From: Heterodontus francisci
Lineage: Eukaryota
NCBI RefSeq assembly: GCF_036365525.1
Contig: NC_090411.1
Coordinates: 21,405,259 to 21,469,258 of the forward strand
Length of the DNA stretch: 64,000 nucleotides
Direction: 5' to 3'
Every line of letters starts with the position of its first letter. Position 1 is the first letter of the stretch. The notes beneath the pieces are model-generated. The model did no database searches and was not told the origin of the DNA. It worked only from the letters and a program-made list of their open reading frames with translations. Below, piece after piece: positions 11,936 through 24,627 of this stretch. The position numbers were made by a program, and so were the translations under genes.

Positions 11936-13187
11936 AATTAGAATTAGAATTAGAATATTACAGCGCAGTACAGGCCCTTCGGCCCTCGATGTTGCGCCGA
12001 TCATCTGACCTACACTATTCCATTTACATCCATATGTCTATCCAATGACCACTTAAATGCCCTTAAAGTTGGCGAGTCTACTACTGTTGCAGGCAGGGCG
12101 TTCCACGCCCCTACTACTCTCTGCGTAAAGAAACTACCTCTGACATCTGTCCTATATCTTTCACCCCTCAACTTAAAGCTATGTCCCCTCGTGTTTGCCA
12201 TCCTCATCCGAGGAAAAAGACTCTCACTATCCACCCTATCTAACCCTCTGATTATCTTGTATGTCTCTATTAAGTCACCTCTCCTCCTCCTTCTCTCCAA
12301 CGAAAACAACGCCAAGTCCCTCAGCCTTTCCTCGTAAGACCTTCCTTCCATACCAGGCAACATCCTAGTAAATCTCCTCTGCACCCTTTCCAAAGCTTCG
12401 ACATCCTTCCTATAATGCGGTGACCAGAACTGCACGCAATACTCCAGGTGCGGCCTCACCAGAGTTTTGTACAGCTGCATCATGACCCCGTGGCTCTGAA
12501 ACTCGATCCCCCTACTAATAAAGGCTAACACACCATATGCCTTCTTAACAGCCCTATTAACCTGGGTAGCAACTTTCAGGGATTTATGTACCTGGATACC
12601 AAGATCTCTCTGTTCATCTACACTACCAAGAATCTTCCCATTAGCCCAGTACTCTGCATTGCTGTTACTCCTTCCAAAATGAATCACCTCACACTTCTCC
12701 GCATTAAACTCCATTTGCCATCTCTCAGCCCAGCTCTGCAGCCTATCTATGTCCCTCTGTACCCTACAACACCCTTCGACACTATCCACAACTCCACCGA
12801 CCTTCGTGTCATCCGCAAATTTACTAACCCACCCTTCTACACCCTCATCCAGGTCGTTTATAAAAATGACAAACAGCAGTGGCCCCAAAACAGAACCTTG
12901 CGGTACACCACTAGTAACTAAACTCCAGGATGAACATTTGCCATCAACCACCACCCTCTGTCTTCTTTCAGCTAGCCAATTTCTGATCCAAAGCTCTAAA
13001 TCACCTTCAACCCCATACTTGCATATTTTCTGCAATAGCCTACCGTGGGGAACCTTATCAAACGCCTTACTGAAATCCATATACACCACATCCACGGCTT
13101 TACCCTCATCCACCTGTTTGGTCACCTTCTCGAAAAACTCAATAAGGTTTGTGAGGCACGACCTACCTTTCACAAAACCGTGCTGAC
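11936..13187 (-). mobile_element. Young 5'-truncated CR1 LINE with an uninterrupted 387-aa RT ORF
   Basis: ORF 12010-13173 with YMDFSKAFDKVPH, GVPQGSVLGP, FADD; (ttagaa)n tail at about 11936-11956. Confidence 0.95.
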
Positions 13188-13902
13188 TAGGGAATCAACT
13201 AGGGAAGAGTTTATTTTAGATCTAGTATTATGCAATCAGAAAGGGTTAATTAATAACCTCTAAGGAAGAGTGATCATAATGTGATAGCATTTTATACAGT
13301 TCGAGTATGATATAGTTACGTCAGATGCTAAGGTCTTAAATCTGAGCAAAGTAAACTATGTAGGTATGAGGGGAGAGATGGTTAAGGTAGATTGGGAAGC
13401 TACATTAAATATATTAAATTAATATGACGGTAGATAAACAATGGTGTACGTTCATTGCAATAAATATACCCTTAAGGAATAAAAACCCCATGGTAACGGT
13501 GGTCCAACTGTGGTTAACAAAAATTTTTTACAGATAGGAAGTTCTTATAATGTTGTGAAAAAGAGTAGTAAACCTGAGGATTCGGAGGATTTTAGAATTC
13601 AACAAAGGAAGAGGAAGAAATTGATCATGAGAAAAGAGAATATGAGAGGAAACTATCAAGAGACATGCAAACAGATTGAAAAAGTTTCTATAGATATGCA
13701 AAAAGGAAGCGATTAGTAAAATTAAACGTGAGCCTGTTAGAGGCAGAGCCATGAGAAATTAGAATGGGGGATAAAGAAATGGCAGCCGCATTAAACAAAT
13801 ACTTTGTATCTGTCTTCATGGGAGAAAACACAAAAATAATTCTGGAAATAGTGGGGAATCAAGGGTCTAGCGAAAATGGGGAACCTAAAGAAATTAGCAT
13901 TA

Positions 13903-14274
13903 CAGTAAAGGCTTTGTTCTCCAGCATGTGCCAGACCTGAAAAGTGCCAGATAATCAAAAATTCCAGTTAATCAAGAGTCGTGCTTACCAAGGCAGGTGG
14001 AGATCCGACATTCCGTTCTGAAATTACCGCCGGAAAACCGAAGGATGCTGAGAACCCGGCATTGGGAAAGCCGATTTTTAATTTTTCCTTAACCCTTCGG
14101 GGTTGGTGCACCAATATAGTTGTAACATGCGTGAGAGTCAGCCCTTTTCAGAGAGCGTCATTAACTCATGCTGAGAACAATCGACTGCACTCAGGACAGC
14201 TTTGGGAGATTTTGGAAATTCTGGGGAATAGAGCTTGCTGGCAGCTAAAGTGCCAGATAACAAAGCTTTTACTG
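13903..14274. mobile_element. Tc1/mariner-type MITE
   Basis: TIRs CAGTAAAGGCTTTGTT / AACAAAGCTTTTACTG flanked by a TA TSD. Confidence 0.8.
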
Positions 14275-15462
14275 TAGTAAGGAAATAGTAATGGAAAAAT
14301 TCATGGGATTAAAAGTCAACAAATTACCTCAAGCTGACAACCTGCATCCTAGGGTGTTAAAACAGGTGGCTACAGAGATAGCATTGGTTTTGATTTTACG
14401 GAATTCCCTAGATTCTAGAATGGTCTCCATGGATTGAAAATTAGAAAATGTAGCCCCATTGTTTAAGGAGGGAGAGAGAACATAGGAACTATGGACCAGT
14501 TACCCCGACATCCACTTTGTTGGTATTATTAGAGAGGTGGTAACAGGACACTTAGAAAGTCATAACATGATGGCAGAGTCCATATGAATTTATGAAAGGG
14601 AAATTATGTTTGACAAATCTGTTAGTGTTTTTTGAGGTTGTAACTAGTAGGGGAGATAAGTGGGGAACAGTGGATCTATTATATTCGAATTTTCAAAAAA
14701 CATTCAATAAGATGCCACACGAGAGGTTATTAGACAGAATTAGGGCTCATGGGATTAGGGGTAATATATTAGCATGGATTGTGGATTGGTTAATGGACAG
14801 AGAACAGAAAGCAGGAATAAACAGGTCGGATTTCGGGTGCGCGGGGTACCAGTACTTGAGCTTCAGCTATTTGCAATTTATATCAATGCCTTGGCTGATA
14901 GGACCGAGTGTAATGTATCCAAGTTTGCTGATGATACAAAGTTAGGTGGAAAAGTAATCTGTGAGGAGGTGCAAAGAGGCTGTAAAAGGATTAAGGCAGG
15001 TTAAGTGAATGGACAAATATGTGGCAGATGGAATATAATGTGGAGAAATGTGAACTTATCCACTTTGGTAGTAAAAATAGAAAAGCAGAATATTTCTTAA
15101 ATGGTGATAGACTGGGGAATGTGGGCATTCAGAGGGACCTGATTGTCTATCTACATGAATCACAGAAAGTTAACATGCAGGTACAGCAAGCAATTAGGAA
15201 ATGGTATGTTAGCCTTTATTTCAAAGGGTTTGGAGTACAAGAGTGAAGAAGTCTTATTACAATTATGTAGGACCTTGTTAAGACTATACCTGGAGTACTG
15301 TATACAGTTTTGGTCTCCTTACCTAAGGAAAGATATACTTGCCTTAGAGGGAGTCCAACAAAGGTTCAGTAAACTGATTCCTGGGATGAGAGGATGGTTC
15401 TATGAGGAGAGATTGAGTAGACTAGGCCTATATTCCCTAGAGTTTAGAAGAATGAGAAGAAT

Positions 15463-15815
15463 GGGCGGCACAGTGGCGCAGTGGTTAGCACCGCAGCCTC
15501 ACAGCTCCAGGGACCCGGGTTCGATTCCGGGTACTGCCTGTGTGGAGTTTGCAAGTTCTCCCTGTGTCTGCGTGGGTTTCCTCCGGGTGCTCCGGTTTCC
15601 TCCCACAAGCCAAAAGACTTGCAGGTTGATAGGTAAATTGGCCATTATAAATTGTCACTAGTATAGGTAGGTGGTAGGGAAATATAGGGACAGGTGGGGA
15701 TGTTTGGTAGGAATATGGGATTAGTGTAGGATTAGTATAAATGGGTGGTTGATGTTCGGCACAGAAGGTGGGCCGAAGGGCCTGTTTCAGTGCTGTATCT
15801 CTAATCTAATCTAAT
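15463..15815 (+). mobile_element. HE1-type SINE
   Basis: tRNA-like A and B boxes (tggcgcagtgg, ggttcgattcc), V-SINE core, (ctaat)n tail. Confidence 0.9.
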
Positions 15816-16544
15816 CAATACATATAAACTTCTTAAAAGGTTTGACAGGGTAGATGCTGGAAGGATGTTTCCTCTGCCTGGGAAGTCTAGAACTAGGAGT
15901 AGAAGTCTCAGAATAAGGGATTGGTCATGTAGGATTGAGCTGAGGAGAAATTTCTTCACTCAAACGTTATGAATCTTTGGAATTCTGTACCCCAAAGAGC
16001 TGTGGATGCTCAGTCGTTGAATATATTCAAGACAGAGGTTGATAAACTTTTAGGGAATTAAGGTATATAGGAATAGTGTAGGAAGGTGGAGTTGTGGTAG
16101 ACGATTAGCCATGAATGGTGTTGTTGAATGGTGGAGCAGGCTCCAAGGGCCGAATGGTCTACTCCTACTGCTACTTATGTTCTTATGACTGCTCTCTGCA
16201 CACTTACTGTAACCCAAACCGCATTGTCAGATTACAGGAACTGATGGAGGTCCTGCACCGTTTACCCAACCAAATATAACTGACTTTTTTTCCAACGTGG
16301 AGATCGTATCAGTCAAGAGCTGAGAATACAGAGCAGATCAGTCCTCCCTTAAGATTAGTAATTCTAGGCTTACAATTTCAACCAAGAATTTGTGACTTTC
16401 TGGTAACAGTTCAGAATCTTCAATCAGAGATTGGACCTCATAGCTTGTAGCCTATCAGTAAACGGTGCATACTTAGCGAAACAATGCTTTGAGAAGTAAC
16501 AAGCAACAAAGACACAGTGGAGTAAAGCGATAAATGAAAGTACA

Positions 16545-16985
16545 AATGAAAAGAACAAAAACTGCAAAAGCTGGAAATTTGAAACAAAAACTGAAAATGC
16601 TGGAAATACACAGTAGGCCAGTCAGGAGAGAAAAGACAAATGAACATTTCAGTAGGACTCTGCTTCAAGAAAGGAAGAACTTGTATTGATATAGCACCTT
16701 TCACTTCCCTAAACCCTCCACAGCCAAGGAGGTATTTTTGACAAGTACTGGGGATGCTGGAAATCTAAAATAAAAATAGAAAATGTTGGAAATACTCAGC
16801 AGGTCTGGCAGCGTCTGAGGAGAGAGAGAAACAGAGAGTTAATGTTTCAGGTCAACGACTCTATGTCACAAGGTATTTCTGAAGCGTAGTTCCCTACTTA
16901 GCTTTACTCTGTGTTAACTTGCTTTTTCTCTCTACAGATGTTGTCTGGCTCTCCCAGTATCTCTAGCTGTTTTGATTCTTGTTTC
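16545..16985. mobile_element. Penelope-derived terminal fragments, partly an inverted pair
   Basis: The motif gctggaaatactcagcaggtctggcagc and its reverse complement; the same motif ends the GIY-YIG elements at 49.5 and 57-58.8 kb. Confidence 0.6.
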
Positions 16986-17599
16986 AAAGCGATAATTGAG
17001 ACGTGTATTTCAAAGGTCTCTATAGATTAATGTTAGAAAGTTGATGAAGGGCATCCAGAAACACTGCTCCTTAATGCTTTCTTGAGTTGATGTAGAACTT
17101 AACTGGTTTACGGTGATGTTTCTTCATCACTTCTTATTTCAATTTTAAATTTGTGACACTATTGTGCCCAAGATGGCAAAAGAACATGACCTAAAGGAGC
17201 CAAGATGCAGATTACTTTCTGTAGCTGATGCCTAAAAGTGACCTTCACCTTAGCTGAGATATTGAATTAAATGTAGCCTAGTAGATCGCTCCTAATTATT
17301 TCAGTTTTTCCATTCAGAACATAATCATAAATGTGGTGTAAGCTTGGCTCAGTAGCATCCTTCCCTCAAACGCGGTGTCACAAGGAAACATTTTTTACAC
17401 AGTGAGTTGTGAAAGGTTGGCTGAAAGGTTGGTTGGTGAAAGCAGATTCAGTAGTAACATTCAAAATACAATTGGATAAATAATTGCAGAGCTATGGGGA
17501 AAGAGCAGGGGAGTGGGATTAAGCTCTGCCAAAGAGCCGGCACAGGCACAATGGATTGAATGTGCTGTATCATTCTATGATTCTGTGATAATCTTGAAT

Positions 17600-18110
17600 T
17601 GTTCCAAAATTGCTGCCTGGATCCTAACGCGCACCAAGTCCCATTCACCCATTACCACTGTGCTTACTGACCTGCTTGCACTTCCAGTTAAGCAACGCCT
17701 CCGTTTTAAAGTACTCATCCTTGTTTTAAAATACTCCATGGCCTCTCCATCTTGATCTCTGTAACCTCCTCCACCCCCTACAACCCTCTGAGGTCTCTGT
17801 GCTCCACCAATTCTGCCTTCTTGCACATCCCTGATATTAATCGTGCACTTTTCATAGCCGTGTCTGCAGCTGCCTAGGCTCTTGGCTCTCGAATGCTCTC
17901 CCTAAACCTCTCCCCCTCTCTATCTATCTATCTCTGCTCCTTTAAGGTACTCCTCAAAATCCACCTCTTTGACTAAGCTTTTGGTCACCTATCCTCATAG
18001 TTCCTTATGTGGCTCAGTGTCAAATTTTGTTTGCTAGCTCTCTTCTGAAGCGACTTGGGACGTTTTATTACATTAAAGGTGCTATATAAATGCAAGTTGT
18101 TGTTGTTGCC
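17600..18110 (+). mobile_element. L2 LINE 3' end
   Basis: ccattcacccattaccactgtgc..ggtgctatataaatgcaagttgttgttgttg tail. Confidence 0.75.
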
Positions 18111-18482
18111 TCTGAGTCAGACGGTAGTAGCGTGAAGTCCCACTGGGCTTGAGTGCATAATCCAGGCAGACAGTTCAGTGCAGCACTTTGAAAGAGTGCC
18201 ATCTTTCACATGTGGTGTTAAACTAAGATGTCAAATATCCCTTTGCACGATTGAAGATTGAAGTCCTGGCCAGTGTTTATTGCACCAAACAATACTACCA
18301 AAAATAGGTCACTTATCACATTTATGTGTGTGTGTCCTTGCTGTGCACAGTTTAGCTGGCCTCTTTCTCTGCATTACAACAGTGACGACACATCAAAAAA
18401 GGCTCAAATGGACTCTGAAGAGCTTTGGAATATTCCAAGTTAGTGAAAGGATCCATATAAATGAAAGTTCTTTCTTTTCTTG
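18110..18482 (+). mobile_element. Deu-domain (SacSINE-like) SINE
   Basis: Similar to 46230-46600; cagtgcagcact..gtgccatctttc core. Confidence 0.55.
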
Positions 18483-18670
18483 AAGGTTAAGCTATTGTTA
18501 AGATTATGGTAAGGTTAAAGTGAGATTATGGTAAGGTTAAGGGAAGTTTATGATAAGGTTAAGGTGATATTATGGTAAGGCAAAAGAAGGTTATGATAAT
18601 GGTTAAGGTATAGCTTAAGGTAAGGTTATGGTTATGGTCATGTTCAGGTAGGGTTTTGGTAAGGTTGTGA
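18483..18670. repeat. Degenerate minisatellite (ttatggtaaggttaa-like)
   Basis: Repeated ggtaaggtta/ttatg units. Confidence 0.8.
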
Positions 18671-19436
18671 ATGTCACCAAGACCTAAACAGGGCTGATGG
18701 CACAAATACTAAAAACAAGGCTTAAACATCTCCTAACCCCGAACCTCAAGTGGAGTGGCTGCTTCCAGAATCTCTGACTGCCCAGATTGGTAACTTCATC
18801 TGCATGTCAAGGATCCATAAAGAACCAAAAACAGAAGCTGGGAGAAGCACAGCAGACCAGTCGGGGCCAGAGAAACTGACGGATGAACGATTTGGGTGTT
18901 GCCCCTTCAGTTTAGGGTTAGGGTCTACAAGAGAAATCACAACGTGTATAATCTCTGTTCAGATGTTGGGTTTGCTGTATGTTTTCTGCGTCTCTATTGA
19001 TCTGTGGACTCCTCTGATCGATTTCAGACAATGGACAGACAGAGCTACCTCTCGCTCGCTGTAAAGTTTTAAAGTTAGAGATGGAATTGATACTGGTGCA
19101 AGTATGAATTCCGGTGGCGAGATTAGGGTCCAATGAACAATGTTAGAACCTCCAGTGGGACAAATGGTTCGATTGCATCAAAGTCTTTCTCCAAGTTGTA
19201 GCCCGTTTGAACTACTTGTTCTTTGCTGGTTCCCCGGGCACCCTAAAACAAAAAGTTTTCTGCCGCTGTCTCGGAGACAGTGAAGGCCGAGGAGAAATAA
19301 ACTCAGTAGGCATCTGATGTGGTGAAGTTTGGTAAAAGGTTTTTTTTTGGTTAAGAGTCTGGATATTAATTGCTAGCAGTCTGGGGCTTTTCACCCTCCC
19401 CCGGGGGTATCTGATGGGATTGTGTTTGGATTTCAG

Positions 19437-19604
19437 GAGTTGGCTCCTCTGAAGACTCCAGTGTTGCCCCATCTCCGACCAGTAGCTCTCAGTGCCCGGA
19501 CTGCAGCTCACTGGCCTCCGGCTCTATTTATTTCATGGTCCTGACTGCAATTTCGCTGCTGTTGCTGCTGGCGGCGGTGCTGTATGTCAGGCAGCTCAAA
19601 AAAG
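19437..19604 (+). CDS. VJ-type Ig receptor exon 3: stalk and transmembrane
   Basis: Acceptor tttggatttcag, phase 1/1; GVGSSEDSSVAPSPTSSSQCPDCSSLASGSIYFMVLTAISLLLLLAAVLYVRQLKK; donor gtgcgt. Confidence 0.85.
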
Positions 19605-20191
19605 GTGCGTTCTGACTCTCATTGTATTTTTGCTCTTTAAGTAAGTCTGAATGTGTAAATGCAAAGATAGTGCAATGTGATCTGGGAGCTTTTATTGCAA
19701 ATACTAACTCTAAATGGCAATGGTCAAGGAGGCGGAGAAATTGACATCTGCTCTTGTCCTTAAATCTGAGCAGAGAGAGAGAACTGTTTGCAACTTCAGT
19801 CCAGACCACTCCACCCAGGCTGTTTTTTCTTTTAAAACTGTTAAAAACCGATCCTGGTGAACGGTGCAGGGAGAGCGCATGGTCCGGGGGCGATTTTAAC
19901 CTGGGCTCGGCGGAGCGGGGAGCCCGGCGCTGCCGGAAGACGAATTGGGCGGATTTTAACTGCCGGGTTTCCACCGATTGCAATATGATTGGCGGAGCGG
20001 CCGACCCATCGCGTCGACATTCCGCCCGCCCACCTTTTCCGCGCAATTTCCGGCGGCAGCCCCGACCCAGGATATTTAAAGGGTGAATGCGCCGCTGCTT
20101 TCGCCGAATTTCAACGTTGCTTTCTGTTCGCATCTGCTGTGGCGCGGCCCGGGGTAGGGTAGGGGGGTGGTGGCGGTGGTGGGAGGGGGAC

Positions 20192-20431
20192 ATGGCTACG
20201 AGGAGGGGGAAAGTTGCCCGCAGGTTTTCAGACACCTCCCTGGAGGTGCTGGTGGCAGCAGTCAGAGGCAGAGGCAAAGTGCTCTTCCCTCCAACTGGGA
20301 AGAAGGTGCACAGCAGTCTGTCAAAGAAAGCCTGGCTGGAAGTGGCAGAGGAAGTCAGCAGACTGAGTATCACCCCGAGGACCTGGATCCAGTGCAGGAA
20401 GAGATTCAATGATCTCACACGGTCAGCCAGG
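20192..20431 (+). CDS. Harbinger-derived Myb/SANT-like (NAIF1/MSANTD-like) gene, exon 1
   Basis: gacATGG; RFSDTSLEVLV..KKAWLEVAEEVS..RTWIQCRKRFNDL; phase-0 donor gtgagt; CpG-rich region upstream (19850-20190). Confidence 0.85.
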
Positions 20432-20629
20432 GTGAGTAAAGCTTCTCCTCTTCCCATCTGTTGCATTGCAATAAAAGTCACAATCCCTCCCCTCCACCTT
20501 ACAGCATGCAGACCTCTGACAGCCCCTGAAGCATGCCCCTGGCACTGTTTCTGCCTCTCCTGCTCACTCCTAACACGCACTGACCCTGCTGCTTGCTGCC
20601 TTCCTTCACCACATGCCTTTCTCATCTAG

Positions 20630-20970
20630 GTGCATGCACAGGCCATTCAGCCCCTCGACTCTCAGTGAGATCATGGCTGACCTGTACTTTAACTCCATCC
20701 ACTTGGCTCCATATTCCCTCATTCCCCTTGACAAGCAAAAAAAAAATCAGTCAGATTTAAAACGATTAATTGAGCCAGCATCCACTGCTTCTTGTGGGAG
20801 AGAATTCCACACTTCTACCATGTGACAAAGTGTTTCCTGAGTGGCCTGGCTCTGATTTTAAGGTTATGTCCCCTCATCCCAGACTCCCCCACCAGGAGAA
20901 AAACTTTCTGTCCATCAAACCCATCAATTCCTTTCAAATTCCTAAAAGAAAAACTTCAATCAAATCTGCG
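20630..20970 (-). mobile_element. CR1 3' tail inside intron 1 of the Myb/SANT gene
   Basis: ggccattcagcccctcg..gatcatggctga..gagaattccacacttc; decayed. Confidence 0.75.
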
Positions 20971-21151
20971 GTAAGTGGCTGAACCTGCGACTCTCTTCAT
21001 GACTCCTTCCTTAATTGACAATTATGACAATCCCATTGCTTAGCATCTTGCCTCTTCCCTCTCTCAGCTGATGCACTTGCAGAAACTTCAAACTTGGACA
21101 CCTGGCTTCTTGGCAGCCACTGATAACTCTCGCTCTCTCTTTGTTTTGCAG

Positions 21152-21311
21152 GAGAAGGCAGCGCACAATATGAGGGAAAGAAACAAGATTGGCGGGGGAA
21201 CAGCTGATATCGTAGCTCTCAGCCAGGTGGAGCAAGCTGCAATGGAAATAAGTGGGACATCCAGGGCAATCAGCATTGGAGACGGCGAGGCTGGCGGATT
21301 CTCCAAGCACA
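21152..21311 (+). CDS. Myb/SANT-like gene, exon 2
   Basis: Acceptor ctttgttttgcag; EKAAHNMRERNKIGGG..IGDGEAG, typical of Harbinger Myb proteins; phase-1 donor gtgact. Confidence 0.8.
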
Positions 21312-21479
21312 GTGACTGCTTTCCAGTCCTACCCATTCATGTACCACAAGTGATTACAACCAACTTCAAAATCTCAGCCAGTATGGTCAAGCCTCCTCAT
21401 GTCCGCATTCCAGCCATTCATGTGAGAATTCCGGCCTTTCATTCAAACCTGATTCTTGCCTTTTTATTTTCCCCTGCAG

Positions 21480-22573
21480 GCCCACCTGAGCCGCAACAAC
21501 CTCCTCAAGAAGCTTTTGAAGAGGACACGGTGGAGTCGGACAGCCCTCCGGAGGGAGTACAGTCAGTTGCTGCATCCCTCCAAAGCAGCAATGCAGAGAT
21601 TCCTGCCCCAGATCGGGAAGAAAGTGAATTGGAGAGGCCCGTGCCTGATGAAACACACAGCCAAAGAGATCAGGAGCAGGATCAGGAGCAGGAACAGGAA
21701 CGGGAACAGGAACAGCAGCAGGAACAGGAACAGGATCAGGAGCAGGAGCAGGCACTGGTGGTAGGGACAGGCCAGGAGGTGTCTCGCCGGAGGGCCATGT
21801 CCTCTCCTAGCTCTGCTGAGTGGGACAGAGATACAGACCTCCGTGATCCGGCAATAAAAAGGAAAATGCTTGAGGCGCACCACCGACTCTATGAGGTTTT
21901 GGAGGGCCTGCCAAAGACTTTGAGCGCCATGTCTGAAAGTATGGAGGAGTCTACTTCCGCCATGTGTGGAGTTGTGTCGCACGTGGTTTCCACTTTGCAA
22001 ACTACCCTGGAAAGCACGACCACCTCCAGGGACACTATGGCCGAGCCCTCTCAGCAGGAGTCCGCCTCACCAACCATTGAGGCTTTGATAGGAGCTCAAA
22101 CGGCGACCATCCAGACGCTGGGCTCCAATGTTTGTTCCACCTTGGAGCGACTGGTGTGCCAGATGGATAGTCTGGTGGGTCACGTGGACAGGGGCTTTCA
22201 AAGGGTCACCCATCTCCTGCAGTCTGCTCTCCCTCAGATCAGTGGGAGTGAGGAGACAAAGCCCCACGGGAGCAATGGTAGCGCTACAGGACAGGCAAGT
22301 GTCACCCTTGTTCATAAGGCCTTTGCTCTCTCACCACCCCCTCAACCAATGCCTGCCATGGTGCCTAATAACCAGTTGGGCCTGACCGCCCTGGCAGCAG
22401 CCAAGGTGCTCCAATCTGTGGCCGTGCCCTTGCGGGCCCGAGCTCCCAGAGGTCAAAGGCCACGAGCAACTCAAGGATCCCAGGATCAACCGCAACAGCC
22501 TACCACCACCTGCTCAGCTGTGGCCACTGGGGGAGCATCTCGTAGAAGTAGCAAAGTGAGTAAACCTTTTTAA
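21480..22573 (+). CDS. Myb/SANT-like gene, exon 3 (acidic QE repeat, helical region, low-complexity tail)
   Basis: Acceptor ttttattttcccctgcag; open to TAA at 22571-22573 with AATAAA immediately after. Spliced CDS 1494 nt (497 aa). Confidence 0.8.
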
Positions 22574-23718
22574 AAATAAAAGTCACTTATGGGTTGATGC
22601 TCGGGTGTTGAACGTATGATTTGATGCAAATGATTGTGTTCAGCTGTACGTTTAAAAACTTCATCACCTCCACCACTTTGGTGTGCAGGATGTTTTATGG
22701 AGCAACTCTCGATTTGCTTGGTCATTATGGGCTGTTCCTGCTGGGTTTGGGTGGGAATCAGCCTTGCTTCATTTAAACGAGACCCGGCAGATACAATCAG
22801 CTTGGCCTCACTCCAGCTTCTACGTGATGCCTTGAGTTGGGGATGCTACAAACCAATCCTGCACCAGGATTACAATGCAACCCCCCCCCCCCCCCCCCCC
22901 CACCCACCCCAACACCAAATCTCGGCTGCTATAACTGCATCTGGTCATGACATTTTATACAGGGTTTGCAAATGCTTTTGGAGCATTCTGTATGTAAATG
23001 TAAATCTATTATAGCTTTAATGTTAAAGGTATCAGATTCTACACTACGTAGAGTAGTGGGAACAACTGTTGTAACATATTAAGCAGAAATTGCTGCAATT
23101 GCACAGCAGGTCCAACAGGCTAAGGTTTCTGACTGGGATCCTTCATCAGACCTCTTACCCAATCCCACCAGACCTTTCGTAGTATTATCCAGCATAGAAA
23201 TGGCTGTTTGCCCCATTGTCTCTGTACAAGCTCGTCAGTGGACCTCTGCCCTGTCCCATCAGAGCCTTTACCCTGTCCCGTCAGTGGCTCACCTTTCTCT
23301 TTCAGATCCTAACTGAGTTTCTGTCATTTGCTGTTTCTGTTTTAGATCTCTTTAGCTCCATCTTCCAAATATTTAATACTAATTGGGCTTCAGTTCAATG
23401 TTAATAACAGAACATTTTCAAAATTGAATGAGAGTGTTTGATTGCTGTGAGTTCCCTTGTGAAGAGGACAGGATTCTGAGCTCCAGTTACCACAGGACAG
23501 TGTATTTTGAGAAACCCTAATAGGCCAGGAAAGTTCAGCCCTCTGTTTCTCTCTCCCACCAATGCTGCCTGACCTGCTGAGTATTTCCAGCATTTTCTCC
23601 TTTAATTTCAGATTTCCTGCACCTGCAGTGTTTTGCTCTTGTGTTGAGGTTGAGCTGAGTTCGTTTCTGTTCATCCCATTTCTCCCTCTTACAAATCCTC
23701 CTTATTTAAATCCATCAG

Positions 23719-23780
23719 GTTGGGCTCTCGCATTGACTGGGAAGCAGGTGTCAACAAATAGAAGCGCAACGCCCAGCGAG
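23719..23780 (+). CDS. VJ-type Ig receptor exon 4 (cytoplasmic)
   Basis: Acceptor tccatcag, phase 1 in and 0 out; GWALALTGKQVSTNRSATPSE; donor gtaaga. Confidence 0.75.
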
Positions 23781-24627
23781 GTAAGAAGTAACTTGCAACA
23801 ACAACACTTCGCATTTGTATAGCATCTTAACACATCCTCTGGAGGTTGCAAAGCACTTTACAAGTAATGGATTACTTTGGAATTGCAGCCATTGTTGTTA
23901 AATAAGCTGCACACAGCAAGGCACACAAATAAATGTCATACTAATTAATTCGGTGCCATGTGACTTTTAACAGTCACTGGACCAGAAATGTACATGTTAA
24001 CTTCAGCAGGTTAGAGTGTATCCCTGTGACTGCTGGTCTGTGCTTTCAGGCATCGATAACATGTCAATCAGCCAGCTCGGGCAGGAATCTAAATGTAACA
24101 GCATGATAAACTGTTTAATGAAATGAGTTCTGCACTTTAACCATGACCGAGACGCTAGGAAAAATTATCTGGTTGGAGATTTTAACATTTTAGATTGCTA
24201 GTAAATCCAGATTAATAACTAGCTCCATGAGCTAGCCAGTTTTTAAAATGTTTAGCTCTTACACCATAACGTTACAATAATAAAGCGACTCAAGTTTTTT
24301 TTAATATGCAACTAAAATACAAAATTAAAAACAATTTTACATTTAAAAATAGAAACAGTGGCATCGATATATATGGAGAGGGAGAGCGGCAGGATAGTGG
24401 GGGGGAGGTTTTTCTGCTTTGTTTTTGGGGAAAAACGGGTTTCCCCCAGGTTCTGCCGAATTTAACCCACCCCTCCCCACCCAATGTATCGATGTTTCTC
24501 TGCTCCTTCCTTTATAGAGTGGAAGACCACTAGCCTACAAGCACAGAAGTGGCCTCTGCATCAACTTGCCCTAACTTCCTATTTCTTCCATGTTAAATAA
24601 ATGATGCTTATCTTCTTCTCTATTCAG

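Larger units (their letters stand above)
11265..16190 (+). mobile_element. Old CR1 LINE (endonuclease to 3' end) interrupted by a younger CR1, a MITE and a SINE
   Basis: Broken ORFs KGKLCLTNLL, SKFADDTKL, LEYCIQFWSP; sequence resumes after each insertion. Confidence 0.85.

Noticed and set aside
15463-15540. tRNA genes at SINE heads (also 38031, 38485, 46230)
   Set aside because: They continue into SINE bodies; no complete cloverleaf.
18483-18670. Telomeric or CRISPR-like array
   Set aside because: Degenerate minisatellite with no TTAGGG run and no unique spacers.
19528-20625. 365-aa minus-strand ORF
   Set aside because: Antisense shadow of GC-rich promoter and Myb exon 1; no recognisable domain.
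21071-22573. 500-aa ORF as a single-exon gene
   Set aside because: It is exons 2-3 plus an in-frame intron; the Myb domain and ATG are in exon 1 at 20192.
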